Source: Pseudomonadota bacterium (GTDB taxonomy: Bacteria; Bdellovibrionota_G; JALEGL01; DATDPG01). From it: a stretch of DNA of 42,005 nucleotides. The stretch is from positions 1 to 42,005 of the forward strand of contig JAZDIZ010000125.1 in assembly GCA_043804515.1 (NCBI GenBank), written 5' to 3'. Positions 15,351 through 24,629 of the stretch are shown piece by piece. The notes below the pieces were generated by a model that ran no database searches, was not told the DNA's origin, and saw nothing but the letters and a program-made list of their open reading frames with translations. Positions within the stretch are counted from its first letter, which is position 1. Each line of letters begins with the position of its first letter. The translations under genes and the position numbers were made by a program.

Positions 15351-18300
15351 TGTCGGGCTGGTAATCCTCGTTCGAGAAACGAACAGCGCTGGCCGTGGGT
15401 GTGGCCTCTCCCTCTTTGCCTGCGGTCGTCAATCGTTGAACCATGAGCGTTGCTTGGCCGGCCAGGTCCTCATTGTTGCGGGCCACGACCGCGATGCGAT
15501 TCAGGCCCGCTTCCAGCGGGATGGTCGTGTCGAAAGTCTCGGGTTTGGCGCTCCCGGCGCGCGAAGAAAACCCGGTGTAGAACACCTTGCGCCCGTTAAC
15601 GAGGATGAACATGTCCTTGGGGGCTTTCTCGTCGGAGACCTGGCCTTGCAGCCGGAGGAACTGCGAACGCGCGGGTTCGAACGCCAGCTTTTCCACGGCA
15701 AGAGTGACTTTCGGCGGCTGCAGCCAGACCCACTCCACGGCGACGCGCTCCCCGCTCTTTGAAACGTTCCCGACCGGCCTGAGATTTTCCGAGGCGATCC
15801 ACCCCGTTCTCTTGGAAGGCAGGCTGACGCGCGTGAAATCGTTGTACCGGGAAAGGGCGGGAAAGACGCTCCCTAAAGAGGCGTAGCCCACCGTGATGCC
15901 CGCTGCGGAGGGGGTGACGTAGATGGGCACATGGTCCCGGCGTGTTCCCAGGAGCCCGGATTCCGAGGCGGGGCCGGGTCCCCTTGAAACCGAAAAGGTG
16001 AGTCGCCGGGCGGAAGCGACGCGGTACACGGAGTCGGAAACCGCGAGATTGAACGTGAGATTGCGGCCATCAAAGGATGCGGGCACCTCCCACTCGAACG
16101 ACACCTGGCGTACCTCGCCCGGCTTGAGTTTTCCGATCAGAGCGCGGCCCAATTTGACGGGAAAAGCTTTCTCCATGTCCGCTTTGAGCGACGCGGCCGT
16201 ATCTTCGGACGCGATGGGCCCGTCGTTTCGGACTCGCAACCTCAACTCGATGGTCTCCCCGCGCTCGATCAGGCCGTCTCCATTTCCGCGGGACACGGGT
16301 CCGTTCGAATCGACGAGCTCGGGGACGAATGCGAAGCGCGGTTTGGGAGCCTCCTTGACCTTCACTTCGTCGCGGAGCACGTGAGGGACGACACCATGTG
16401 ATTCGAAGAACTTGAGTTGAAAAGTGGCCAGGGAGGTAGGCATGAACTTCGGCACGGAGATCTTGGCCTGCCGCGTGACGGATCCCTGGGGTGGCACTTT
16501 TCCGAAGAGAAACTCCTGATTGTTCAGGAGGAAATTTTTGGACTCCGCTTGCGCCCGGGATTGAACCAGCGTGCAGGGACCCGGGTTGGAAATCGTCACG
16601 GAAAAGTTTACGTCGCGCCCCGCTTCGATCTCGTTCTTGCCGGACGGAGACACCGTCCATGACGCCGTCGGGATGCCGCAATTGGCGGAAGCCTTGGAGG
16701 TCGGGGGAGACCAATCGATCCCCTTGGCCGCCAAAGCATTCTCGATCTTTCGGTCCTCTTCCTTTTGGACTTCCGGGGCGGCGGCCTTCGCCAGCTCGAT
16801 GAGTTGCGCCTTCGAAACCTGGGAATGGCCCTTCAGGAGATTGAACGCCACGCGGATCGGGAAATCCTGAAGCAGTTCCTGCGCCGTGCGCTTACCCGCT
16901 ACCGCGGCGGATCTGAGATCCTCGTTTTCATCGAATTTCTCCAGATACTTCATCTCGACGGCGGAATCGCTTCTCAAAGAAGAGGTGGGATTTTCGAAGT
17001 GGCGTTCCAGCGTCACCTCCCCTTCGAAATACTTCTGCCGGAAGAGGTCGATGTATTCCTTGGACACGACCGCCGGGACAATTTTGACGTCCGGCTCGAT
17101 GCCGATGGACTGGATCGAGTAATCGCCGGGCGTGAGATACTGGGCGATCGTAAGCTTGAGGGCCGAGTCCTCCGGCAGCTCGAACAGAGATTGGACCGTG
17201 CCTTTTCCGAACGTGCGTTGTCCGATCACGACGGCGCGATCTCTCCTCTTGAGCGCGCCGGCCACGATCTCGGAAGCGCTCGCGCTTCCCTGGTCCACGA
17301 GAACGGCCATCGGATAATTCGGCTCGGTTCCCTGGCCCGTGGCCTTTTCCTGGTCTCTCAAGCGGTTCCCGGCCCCGACCGTGGTGACGATGGGACCGGC
17401 CGGAAGGAACTTGTCGGCTACGGCCACGGCTTGATCCAACAAACCGCCCGGATCGTTTCTCAGATCCAGCACGAGCCCTTTGAGAGTTCCCCCGGTCGCT
17501 TTGTGAAGATTGAGCAGGTGGCGCGAGAGATCTTTGGTCGTGTCCGCCTGGAAGTTGCGGACGTGCACGTACCCGACGCCGTCGCCGAGGACCTGTGAAT
17601 CAACGCTCAGGACGTTGATGATATCGCGCTTGATCGTGAAGCTCCGCTCCGCGGTCCATCCCTGCCTAAGAACGCTCAACGTGACGGGCGCGCCCTTGGG
17701 GCCTCTCATCATGTTCACCGCTTCGTTGAGAGCCATGCTGAGCGTGGGTTCCCCGTCGATCTTGGTGATCTGGTCGCCCGCCTTCAGGCCGGCCCGGAAG
17801 GCCGGAGTGTTGTCGAGCGGTGCGATGATCGTGAGCTTGGAGTTCTTGATTCCGATCACGATGCCGAGGCCGCCGAACTTCCCCAAAGTGCTCACTTTGG
17901 TTTCCGCGTAAAGATCGCTCGCAAGGTACACCGAGTGCGGATCCAACGTGGAGAGAATACCGTTGATCGCCCACACCTCGAGGTCCCGATCCGCCACGTC
18001 GCTCTTTTTGTGGTCTCTGACGAATTTGAGGGCGTCAGAAGCCGCGGATTGGAGCGCGTACAGGTTCCTGAGGTTCGTATCGAATTCGGTCCGGGCGGTA
18101 TCCACGGTCAACACGGCCCGGTGAGGCTCCGGGTAGATCACGCGGACCTCGGCCACATTCAAAGAAACCTCGTCCAAAGTTTTTCTGAACATGTTCTCGG
18201 GGTTCACCCGGTCGGGGTCGAGATAGCTTTCCCGGATGTGAGCCAATACCCGTTGCAGGACTTCCAGGCGGTCGAGGCGGTCCTGGGTTCGGAACCAATC

Positions 18301-18426
18301 CGATTGAAGGCTGAAACCGCGCGCCAGAATCCCGGTCGACGAGTCTCCGTCGCTTCGGACTTGTGCCGTGACCAGGGAAAGGAGCAAGAGGACGAGGAAA
18401 ACGCCGAGAATTCTGGTTTTATGCAT
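15337..18426 (-). CDS. C-terminal processing peptidase S41 with long C-terminal Ig-like/SH3-like extension (MXAN_5808-like)
   Basis: LDPHS, FGGLGIVI (PDZ), LDLRNDPGGLL, SASASEIVAGALK, TFGKGTVQ, LKLTIAQYLTPG..IQ..GI.PD; 1029 aa. Confidence 0.9.
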   Translation of the reverse strand: MHKTRILGVFLVLLLLSLVTAQVRSDGDSSTGILARGFSLQSDWFRTQDRLDRLEVLQRVLAHIRESYLDPDRVNPENMFRKTLDEVSLNVAEVRVIYPEPHRAVLTVDTARTEFDTNLRNLYALQSAASDALKFVRDHKKSDVADRDLEVWAINGILSTLDPHSVYLASDLYAETKVSTLGKFGGLGIVIGIKNSKLTIIAPLDNTPAFRAGLKAGDQITKIDGEPTLSMALNEAVNMMRGPKGAPVTLSVLRQGWTAERSFTIKRDIINVLSVDSQVLGDGVGYVHVRNFQADTTKDLSRHLLNLHKATGGTLKGLVLDLRNDPGGLLDQAVAVADKFLPAGPIVTTVGAGNRLRDQEKATGQGTEPNYPMAVLVDQGSASASEIVAGALKRRDRAVVIGQRTFGKGTVQSLFELPEDSALKLTIAQYLTPGDYSIQSIGIEPDVKIVPAVVSKEYIDLFRQKYFEGEVTLERHFENPTSSLRSDSAVEMKYLEKFDENEDLRSAAVAGKRTAQELLQDFPIRVAFNLLKGHSQVSKAQLIELAKAAAPEVQKEEDRKIENALAAKGIDWSPPTSKASANCGIPTASWTVSPSGKNEIEAGRDVNFSVTISNPGPCTLVQSRAQAESKNFLLNNQEFLFGKVPPQGSVTRQAKISVPKFMPTSLATFQLKFFESHGVVPHVLRDEVKVKEAPKPRFAFVPELVDSNGPVSRGNGDGLIERGETIELRLRVRNDGPIASEDTAASLKADMEKAFPVKLGRALIGKLKPGEVRQVSFEWEVPASFDGRNLTFNLAVSDSVYRVASARRLTFSVSRGPGPASESGLLGTRRDHVPIYVTPSAAGITVGYASLGSVFPALSRYNDFTRVSLPSKRTGWIASENLRPVGNVSKSGERVAVEWVWLQPPKVTLAVEKLAFEPARSQFLRLQGQVSDEKAPKDMFILVNGRKVFYTGFSSRAGSAKPETFDTTIPLEAGLNRIAVVARNNEDLAGQATLMVQRLTTAGKEGEATPTASAVRFSNEDYQPDITAQ

Positions 18427-18475
18427 GTCGGGTGTCTTAGTGAGGGCCTTAAAAAATAATCAAAAAAGTTTGGGA

Positions 18476-18484
18476 ATTATAGCA
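18476..18484 (-). promoter_or_regulatory. Extended -10 sigma70 promoter of the S41 peptidase gene
   Basis: Minus strand TGCTATAAT (TGn + perfect TATAAT), 50 nt upstream of ATG 18426. Confidence 0.6.
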
Positions 18485-18515
18485 CGGCTTGAGTGCGATG
18501 ATTGATGCAAGAACC

Positions 18516-18544
18516 GCCAAAATTTTGGAGCGGGAGACGGGATT
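18516..18544 (-). repeat. Duplicated 3' end of tRNA-Gly (att-like direct repeat)
   Basis: GCCAAAATTTTGGAGCGGGAGACGGGATT is identical at 18516-18544 and 18811-18839 (29 bp). Confidence 0.95.
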
Positions 18545-18817
18545 GGGCGGGACTCTCGTCCCGCTCGTTCCAAGGAGGCACCTCGCCACCCCAAGGGTGC
18601 CGGCTCGGTGCTTATCTGATTGTTCGGCCCTCCAGGCCGAACGGAAACGTGAAGGTGGACGGGTGCGGCACGCGCTTTGTCGCTGAAATCGGCGCTGAGA
18701 AAGCCCCTGACGCGGAAAGTCGAATAAGTCATTGGTCATAAACGGGGCGCTGGCCGCACCCTTAGCGGGAGCAACTACATCTCAGTCCAAAATTTCCACC
18801 CCACAAGGGGGCCAAAA

Positions 18818-18896
<79 letters not shown>

Positions 18897-18999
18897 CCAC
18901 TCTCGACTTCCAGCCGTTGCCCATAGCCAAGTGCCATGTGTAACCGCTGAGAAATTAAGCAGTTTGTGCTATCGGAGGACCCCCCACATGTCAACGTGA

Positions 19000-19097
19000 A
19001 ATTGGGGACACGTACGAATTTCTAAACCTCGCGGAATCTAACTGGTTTCGGGGCTCAATTTCGCTGTCAGACTATTAATTGGTACGTGTCCCCAATT
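19000..19097. repeat. ~97-bp REP/MITE-like element with 16-bp terminal inverted repeats, copy 1
   Basis: AATTGGGGACACGTAC (19000-19015) and GTACGTGTCCCCAATT (19082-19097) are a perfect inverted repeat. The interior is homologous to 23204-23298 in reverse orientation. Confidence 0.9.
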
Positions 19098-19260
19098 AGG
19101 ACGAGGGCAACCATTGTTACCGTAGCCGGTTCCCCGAGCATCGTTGAACTGCATCTAAAGAGAACAGCAGGGTCGTAACACTTGGAAATAACACGATAAT
19201 ATCGTTGAATCTCGCCCGCATGATTTGGCCTGGTCTTTGAAAGCAATAAAGGAGAATGCC

Positions 19261-22041
19261 ATGGTTCGCTCCGCGAAAATCAAGACTCTTCTAACTCCGG
19301 CTCTTTGGATCGCCCTGGCGATTCTTCCCGCATGTCAGAAACAAGACGCGGCAACCGATAATCCCAGACAACCGAGTAACGCTTCCCTACCGTCCGTCTT
19401 TCGAAATCCGGATCTGGAACCAGGGCCGATTCCTCCCATCGCGTTGGCCCCGACAGCCAATCCGCTTCTCACCTCCGCCATCGCCCTTCAAAACGACACT
19501 CGTACGTACATCATCGGTCAAGCGGGAGCCGCACAATACGACCGTGGTGTGCGTGAAGCGTGCGCTGTGTTCGCGGGCGGGGCCACGCCGGTGGAAATGT
19601 GCGGCACCGTGTACGACGACGGTTCGTTCCGTTTCTACCTGCCGGCCGAAACCAAAGCGGGAGATGTTGTGACGGTCTGGACCAACGGCCCCGGTTATGT
19701 AGACGGTGGTCCCGACAAGAACGGCATCGATGTACAAGTCACCGTCGAAGGTCCCCGGTTTCCGCAGCAACTCGCGGGTGATGCGGGTAGCTTTGCGAGC
19801 TCTCGCCTCTTAGCCGTGGATCGGGTCAGCGGAGATCTCTGGGCAAGCGCAACAGAAGGACTTTACCGGATCCGCGCCGACGAACTGGGTCTGGATCCTT
19901 CAAACATGCGGCCGGAATTCCTGACGGTCACGCAGAATCTTCGTCGGGCCAGCATTGGCGGCATCTATCGGGACGCGGCCGGCGGAATCTGGGCGCTTGA
20001 ACAGGGACTTTCAACCGCCGGACCACCGGTTACGGTTCGGGCTCGCGTATCCTCGGTTTCAGGAGCGGCCGTCATTCGAACGCAGGCCGTGATTTCTCCG
20101 GCGCTCGAAACCGTATGGAGCAACCAAAGCTTCATGCCGGTCGAACGTTTCGGAGGGGGTATCTGGATGGTGGCCGAAGGCCGAAGGCAAGCATGGGCTC
20201 TTTCCGACGCACACCCTCAGATTGCGAACGATACACCGCACGGGCTTTTCGAAGGGAATCCTTCCGAAAACGATTGGATGCGATGCAATTCTCCGATGTC
20301 GGCTCTGACGACCTTCCCGATGTCGGCTCTATCAACCATGCGCGGCACCGACAGTTCGATATTGCCGGATGATCCCGGTGATGACGGGGAGGTTCAACCG
20401 CCCTCAATCACGCTGATCCGCCAAGTGAGCCCCACGCGCGCCATCGGCGTGACCTCGCGCAAGGACGTGATCTCCTGGAACATTCAAGGCAACGACTGGC
20501 TCTTCGAAAAGTGTGCGCCGTTGCCTGATCTGGGACCGGTGACGGATGTCTCTGAGATCGAGACCCTGGGTTCCGACGTCTTCCTGGCCACGACTTCGGG
20601 CCTTGTGCGATGCACGGGACTCGCTTCGGATGGGATCGCCACTCCGGAGTGCGCCAAAATGTGGCCCGCGAACGGGACGACAATAGTTCCCACGCTCGTT
20701 CGCGACCCGAACGGGGACCGAATCTATTTTGGAACATACACTGCAAACCCGGAGAGCATTCTCACGGCCGGGATCACGCTGGATGAAATCGGAACCCCGA
20801 TCGTGACCGTCGAACCGACGTCCATCTGTCCCGCGGTCGAAAAAGGATTCAACAATTGCTTTCCTGTTTTCTCATCGGCGTGGGCGTCCGGGGACACGCT
20901 GCTCTTGGGCACCGCGGTCGGTCTGTTCCGGGCCCGGCGTGCCGAAGCCGGACCCTCCTGGGAAGTCACGCCGGTGAAACCGGATGTGAATCTGAATTTC
21001 GGGATCAACCATCTTCTTCTTTCCGCGAATGCGTCGGGCGAACCTGAACTCTGGATCGGCTCCGAGAACCCGGCCGTCGCGGTCCTGAGCTTGAAGAATC
21101 CGGATCAACGCAACCTGGAAGGATTTTCATGGCCCGATGGAACCCGAACGACCGGTATGAGCGATTTTGCACCCGCGTCCTTCGGGAACCAACGAGGCGT
21201 GTGGGTGATCGGTTCCAAGGGCACGATGTTGATTCTGCGCAGTCCCGATGGCTCGGTGCGCAGAGAGTTCGTGAAAAACGTGAGCTGCGGTCTGCTTGCT
21301 GCGGATGGCCGCAGTGGTGCCTGGTGCTATAGAGAAGGTTTCTATCTTGCTCATCTGGGCTTCGATGCCGCCGGAGCCGTCACCGTGGAGGACCTGAGCG
21401 CCGAACGGGCACTGCTGCCTAATGCGGCGTCCCTGCTGCCGGAATATAGGTACCAGCCGGTGCCTCAATTTTTCCATATGGTTGCCAATGCGCGCGGAGA
21501 CCTCTGGCTTTTCGATCAGTGGCTCGTGTACGTGCGGAAAGCCGACGCTTCCAATTCCGATCGCTGGCATGCCGCCGTCCTGACGTCGCACTACAGCCCC
21601 GAGGCGCTGAAACCGTTTCTCCCGGAGGGCGAAGACGCCGTTGTGGAACTCGGGGGAGATGGGAACCTGTGGCGCCTGCGGCCTCTGGAGGACGGGACAA
21701 TCTCGCAAGAGATGCTGTTTTCGCCGCCGAAGTACGGTGCTAGAGGACCTTCGGATGTCGCTGCCGACGGCACCGGAGGGTATTGGATCGCCTACAGGCC
21801 GGACACCGTCGGCGGCGTGCCGATCGTGGCGCAGATTCCAAAGCTCGGAACCGCCGGTTCGCCGGACGCTTACGGTATGAAACTCCGGTCTGTTTTCCAG
21901 CCCGGACAGTTCCCGGGAAGCTTTATTTCCGCCATGGCGTCCGACCCGGTGGAAGGGGGGCTCTGGATCAGCACGGAGAACGGTCTGGCCCGCGCGCCCA
22001 AGGAATCGTTCGTGGATCTAACGCGGATCTTCTTGCAGTAG
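19261..22041 (+). CDS. Large putative lipoprotein, probable beta-propeller
   Basis: RBS AAGGAGA before ATG 19261, lipobox ALAILPA-C, repeated blade-like motifs (GDLWASATEGLYR, DVFLATTSGLVR, LLLGTAVGLFR, GGLWISTENGLAR). Confidence 0.75.
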   Translation: MVRSAKIKTLLTPALWIALAILPACQKQDAATDNPRQPSNASLPSVFRNPDLEPGPIPPIALAPTANPLLTSAIALQNDTRTYIIGQAGAAQYDRGVREACAVFAGGATPVEMCGTVYDDGSFRFYLPAETKAGDVVTVWTNGPGYVDGGPDKNGIDVQVTVEGPRFPQQLAGDAGSFASSRLLAVDRVSGDLWASATEGLYRIRADELGLDPSNMRPEFLTVTQNLRRASIGGIYRDAAGGIWALEQGLSTAGPPVTVRARVSSVSGAAVIRTQAVISPALETVWSNQSFMPVERFGGGIWMVAEGRRQAWALSDAHPQIANDTPHGLFEGNPSENDWMRCNSPMSALTTFPMSALSTMRGTDSSILPDDPGDDGEVQPPSITLIRQVSPTRAIGVTSRKDVISWNIQGNDWLFEKCAPLPDLGPVTDVSEIETLGSDVFLATTSGLVRCTGLASDGIATPECAKMWPANGTTIVPTLVRDPNGDRIYFGTYTANPESILTAGITLDEIGTPIVTVEPTSICPAVEKGFNNCFPVFSSAWASGDTLLLGTAVGLFRARRAEAGPSWEVTPVKPDVNLNFGINHLLLSANASGEPELWIGSENPAVAVLSLKNPDQRNLEGFSWPDGTRTTGMSDFAPASFGNQRGVWVIGSKGTMLILRSPDGSVRREFVKNVSCGLLAADGRSGAWCYREGFYLAHLGFDAAGAVTVEDLSAERALLPNAASLLPEYRYQPVPQFFHMVANARGDLWLFDQWLVYVRKADASNSDRWHAAVLTSHYSPEALKPFLPEGEDAVVELGGDGNLWRLRPLEDGTISQEMLFSPPKYGARGPSDVAADGTGGYWIAYRPDTVGGVPIVAQIPKLGTAGSPDAYGMKLRSVFQPGQFPGSFISAMASDPVEGGLWISTENGLARAPKESFVDLTRIFLQ

Positions 22042-22109
22042 AAAATTGTGGGATACGCGGTTGATTCCGAATTCGCGGCAATTGCGATCCAGTCGTGCGT
22101 CCCAGGATT

Positions 22110-22268
22110 TCAATTCGGATCCATGAAAAAATTCTGCATGTCGACGACCAGAAGCGCGGATTTCGACGTTTCAAGCGTCAACGAGGTGCGATTGTAAGGG
22201 GCAACCTTGTCCAGCCAGGCGGCTGTTTTGGCGGGTAGCGATTCGACGGTGACATAGGGGGTTTGCAT
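22110..22268 (-). pseudogene. 5' remnant of an isochorismatase/cysteine-hydrolase gene (52 codons)
   Basis: AGGAGG RBS and ATG 22268 give MQTPYVTVESLPAKTAAWLDKVAPYNRTSLTLETSKSALLVVDMQNFFMDPN*. ALLVVDMQN.F is the family's first motif; the rest is missing. Confidence 0.75.
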
Positions 22269-22392
22269 GGTTGACCTCCTTATCGGCACTCACGCCGGGA
22301 CGTCAATTGGATTCAGGGATGGAATCGGAGATACACGACTGGTTTTGAATTTGCGGTAATAGGAATCCAGGCGTGCGGCCGTCGATTCGGAG

Positions 22393-22758
22393 CTATTTTT
22401 TGGTCCAGATGACTGAAGATGAAAGGTCCCAGCCGTCCAACAGATCTTTGCCGTATTTGTCGGCGACCTTTTTCTTCAAAGCATCGGTAACAGCTTGGAA
22501 CGCTTCTTTGGCACTGTCGTATCTCCACTGAACACCAATGCCCCAGGTATCGGCGCTCGTCTGCCTCACGTAAACGACCTCGGCTTTTTGGTCTTTGGCA
22601 AGGAACTCGCCTATCTCAATGGCTTTTGACTTCGAAACGTTGGAATTAAATTTGAGCATCCCGACGATCAAATTGCTGTCGGTCTTTGCTGCGTATGTGC
22701 TTGGAGCCAGCATCGCGGCTAGTAGCGCAAGCCCGATAAAGATGATCAATTTTTTCAT
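22393..22758 (-). CDS. Small exported hypothetical protein
   Basis: ATG 22758 with AAGGGAAG upstream; classical signal peptide MKKLIIFIGLALLAAMLAPSTYA-A; visibly more AT-rich than the core genes. Confidence 0.75.
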   Translation of the reverse strand: MKKLIIFIGLALLAAMLAPSTYAAKTDSNLIVGMLKFNSNVSKSKAIEIGEFLAKDQKAEVVYVRQTSADTWGIGVQWRYDSAKEAFQAVTDALKKKVADKYGKDLLDGWDLSSSVIWTKK

Positions 22759-22913
22759 GTCTCTTCCCTTTGCGGTTGGAAGTTCGAAACGCATGATGCC
22801 AGCCTGGTTTGAGCGTGACAAGAAATCGGAGGCAGGGGGACGGACGGAAAGCGGGGAGACAGGGCGGGTTCGGAATTTGCGGCGTTAAGCCGGAACCCTA
22901 TGGGAAGTTTGAA

Positions 22914-22937
22914 GAAGATTTGGAGGCGACGGTCGGA
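22914..22937 (-). repeat. Duplicated 3' end of tRNA-Cys (att-like direct repeat)
   Basis: GAAGATTTGGAGGCGACGGTCGGA is identical at 22914-22937 and 23070-23093 (24 bp). Confidence 0.95.
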
Positions 22938-23076
22938 TGGGACAGCTCTCGCTGTCCCGTTGTAAGGAGAGCCCTTCGCACCCGGCTTCGCCGGGTCCCC
23001 GCTCAGGGCTGTCATTAGAAACTTTCAACGTCGAACCGAAGGTCGGTTCGAATCTGCGGAAGGTGTTAGGAAGATT

Positions 23077-23151
23077 TGGAGGCGACGGTCGGAGTCGAAC
23101 CGACGCATGACGGTTTTGCAGACCGCTCCCTTACCACTTGGGTACGTCGCC
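23077..23151 (-). tRNA. tRNA-Cys(GCA)
   Basis: GGCGACGTACCCAAGTGGTAAGGGAGCGGTCTGCAAAACCGTCATGCGTCGGTTCGACTCCGACCGTCGCCTCCA; anticodon GCA, U73 discriminator, encoded CCA. Confidence 0.98.
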
Positions 23152-23203
23152 CCGATCCCTTCTCTAACCTGAAATGCGAAAGGTGCCAATAGCGTTTTGG
23201 CTT

Positions 23204-23298
23204 AAATGGGGACACGTACCAATTAAATTGGCAGCGAAATTGAACCCTTGAACCAGTTGAAATCCATGCCTCGGGGAAATTCGTACGTGTCCCCAATT
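23204..23298. repeat. ~95-bp REP/MITE-like element, copy 2 (inverted relative to 19000-19097)
   Basis: AAATGGGGACACGTAC ... GTACGTGTCCCCAATT; the reverse complement shares GAATTTC, AACTGGTT, TCAATTTCGCTG and TTAATTGGTAC with copy 1. Confidence 0.9.
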
Positions 23299-23305
23299 TC
23301 AGACG

Positions 23306-24613
23306 TTACTGAAGGTGGAGCAGGAGGCGGGTGCCGGACGGTTCGACTTTGGCCAGACGAACTTTGGACGATGCGAGATCCAAGACAATATGTAGTTCGC
23401 TGCCGGATGCGGATTCGTGGAGGCCGACGCGGATTTGTTTGAGGTGGGGGCTGCGTACGGAAAGGCTCGTTCGAGGATACGGTTTGGACACGCCTACGAT
23501 CCTGACCAATTCACGTGGAGCGCCGCCGCCCAATCGCAACCGGTGAATCGATTGCATTTTGAACGTTCCGTCGCCGGTCAGCATTACTACGGTCTCGCGC
23601 GGAGCGCTTTTCCAGGAGATCTTTGTCACGGCAGTGAGGGGGACTGCTTCCTTCGCGACACGTGGGTTCTCGGAGGGTAGGGCCTTTTCCGGCGCTTGCG
23701 CAGCCGTCTTTGTCTGAATCTCCCTCTTTTCTGTGACTGTTTCGGGTTGCGATATCGCGGACGTGGCGGGGGCTGCCGGTCGCGAGACCGGCTGGCTCGG
23801 GAGGAGAGGGCTCGGCTCCACAACGGATTTCATAAGGTCCCCACTCCGGGAAGTGAAGAACTGCCAAACCGCCACCAGGATCAGCAGGAGAATCGCGCCG
23901 TAGAACAATCGCTTGGTGTATCTCGACCAGGTTCGAACCGGCTGGGGAACGTACGTGGGCTCCACGCCGGCAAAATCCGCTGATCCGGTATGAGGCGAAG
24001 ATCCCTCGGTATCCGCGACAATTCCCGTTTCGTGAGAATCGCCGTTTCGGTCCTCCGGTGAAACCTCGGGGAGAACCGGAATCGGTTCCGGATCGCCGCC
24101 CGCAAGAGTGGGCTGGAAGGAAGGGCCGGACCGCACGTCGGAAAGGAAGCTCTCGGCCTCGTCTTCCAGGGTGACCGCTCCTTCCGGCCGAAATGCCGAC
24201 TCAAACGATGGGATCGCCGGTGTAGGCGGGCCTGATTGGGTGCGGGCGTCGCCGGCCTTCAGGTGTTGATTCACGACGGCGCGGATCAAATCGCGGCCCC
24301 GCTCGTTGATCTCGTGGAAGCGGATCGCCATCCCTCTGGGCCTTTCGGGTCCTTGGTCTTCTTTGCGCACCCAAACGATCTCAGCGAGCCCCTGAAGCAG
24401 CGTGGCATCATCGTCCAGCCTGAACTCGAAGCTCAGGATCGTTCCGACCGGTTTGGGGTCTGGGGATTTGATGAACATGCCTCCCTCCGAGAGGTTGGCG
24501 GAGGCTTCGGCAAGGGAGCCGGCGAATTTCTCGAATTCGAGGTTTACCTTCACCTGGATTGGAACCCGCGGAGCGCGGCGCGGAGCGAACTCTGGAGGGG
24601 GGTCAAGCGTCAC
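23306..24613 (-). CDS. TIGR02266-type PilZ domain + linker + TM helix + AMIN-like periplasmic domain
   Basis: RRAPR...ANLSEGGMFI...GMAIRF; TM LFYGAILLLILVAVWQFF; C-terminal PRELVRIVG...LKQIRVGLH...LHIVLDL resembles AMIN. Confidence 0.8.
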   Translation of the reverse strand: MTLDPPPEFAPRRAPRVPIQVKVNLEFEKFAGSLAEASANLSEGGMFIKSPDPKPVGTILSFEFRLDDDATLLQGLAEIVWVRKEDQGPERPRGMAIRFHEINERGRDLIRAVVNQHLKAGDARTQSGPPTPAIPSFESAFRPEGAVTLEDEAESFLSDVRSGPSFQPTLAGGDPEPIPVLPEVSPEDRNGDSHETGIVADTEGSSPHTGSADFAGVEPTYVPQPVRTWSRYTKRLFYGAILLLILVAVWQFFTSRSGDLMKSVVEPSPLLPSQPVSRPAAPATSAISQPETVTEKREIQTKTAAQAPEKALPSENPRVAKEAVPLTAVTKISWKSAPRETVVMLTGDGTFKMQSIHRLRLGGGAPRELVRIVGVSKPYPRTSLSVRSPHLKQIRVGLHESASGSELHIVLDLASSKVRLAKVEPSGTRLLLHLQ

Positions 24614-24629
24614 AAAGCACCGCGGGGTG

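Noticed and set aside
18897..22913. Prophage or integrative island between the tRNAs
   Set aside because: No integrase or phage genes. The att-like repeats enclose only 130-270 nt each, not this interval.
23174..23189. Sigma54 promoters upstream of tRNA-Cys (and tRNA-Gly near 18930)
   Set aside because: TGGCAC is present but the GG-to-GC spacing is not 10 nt.
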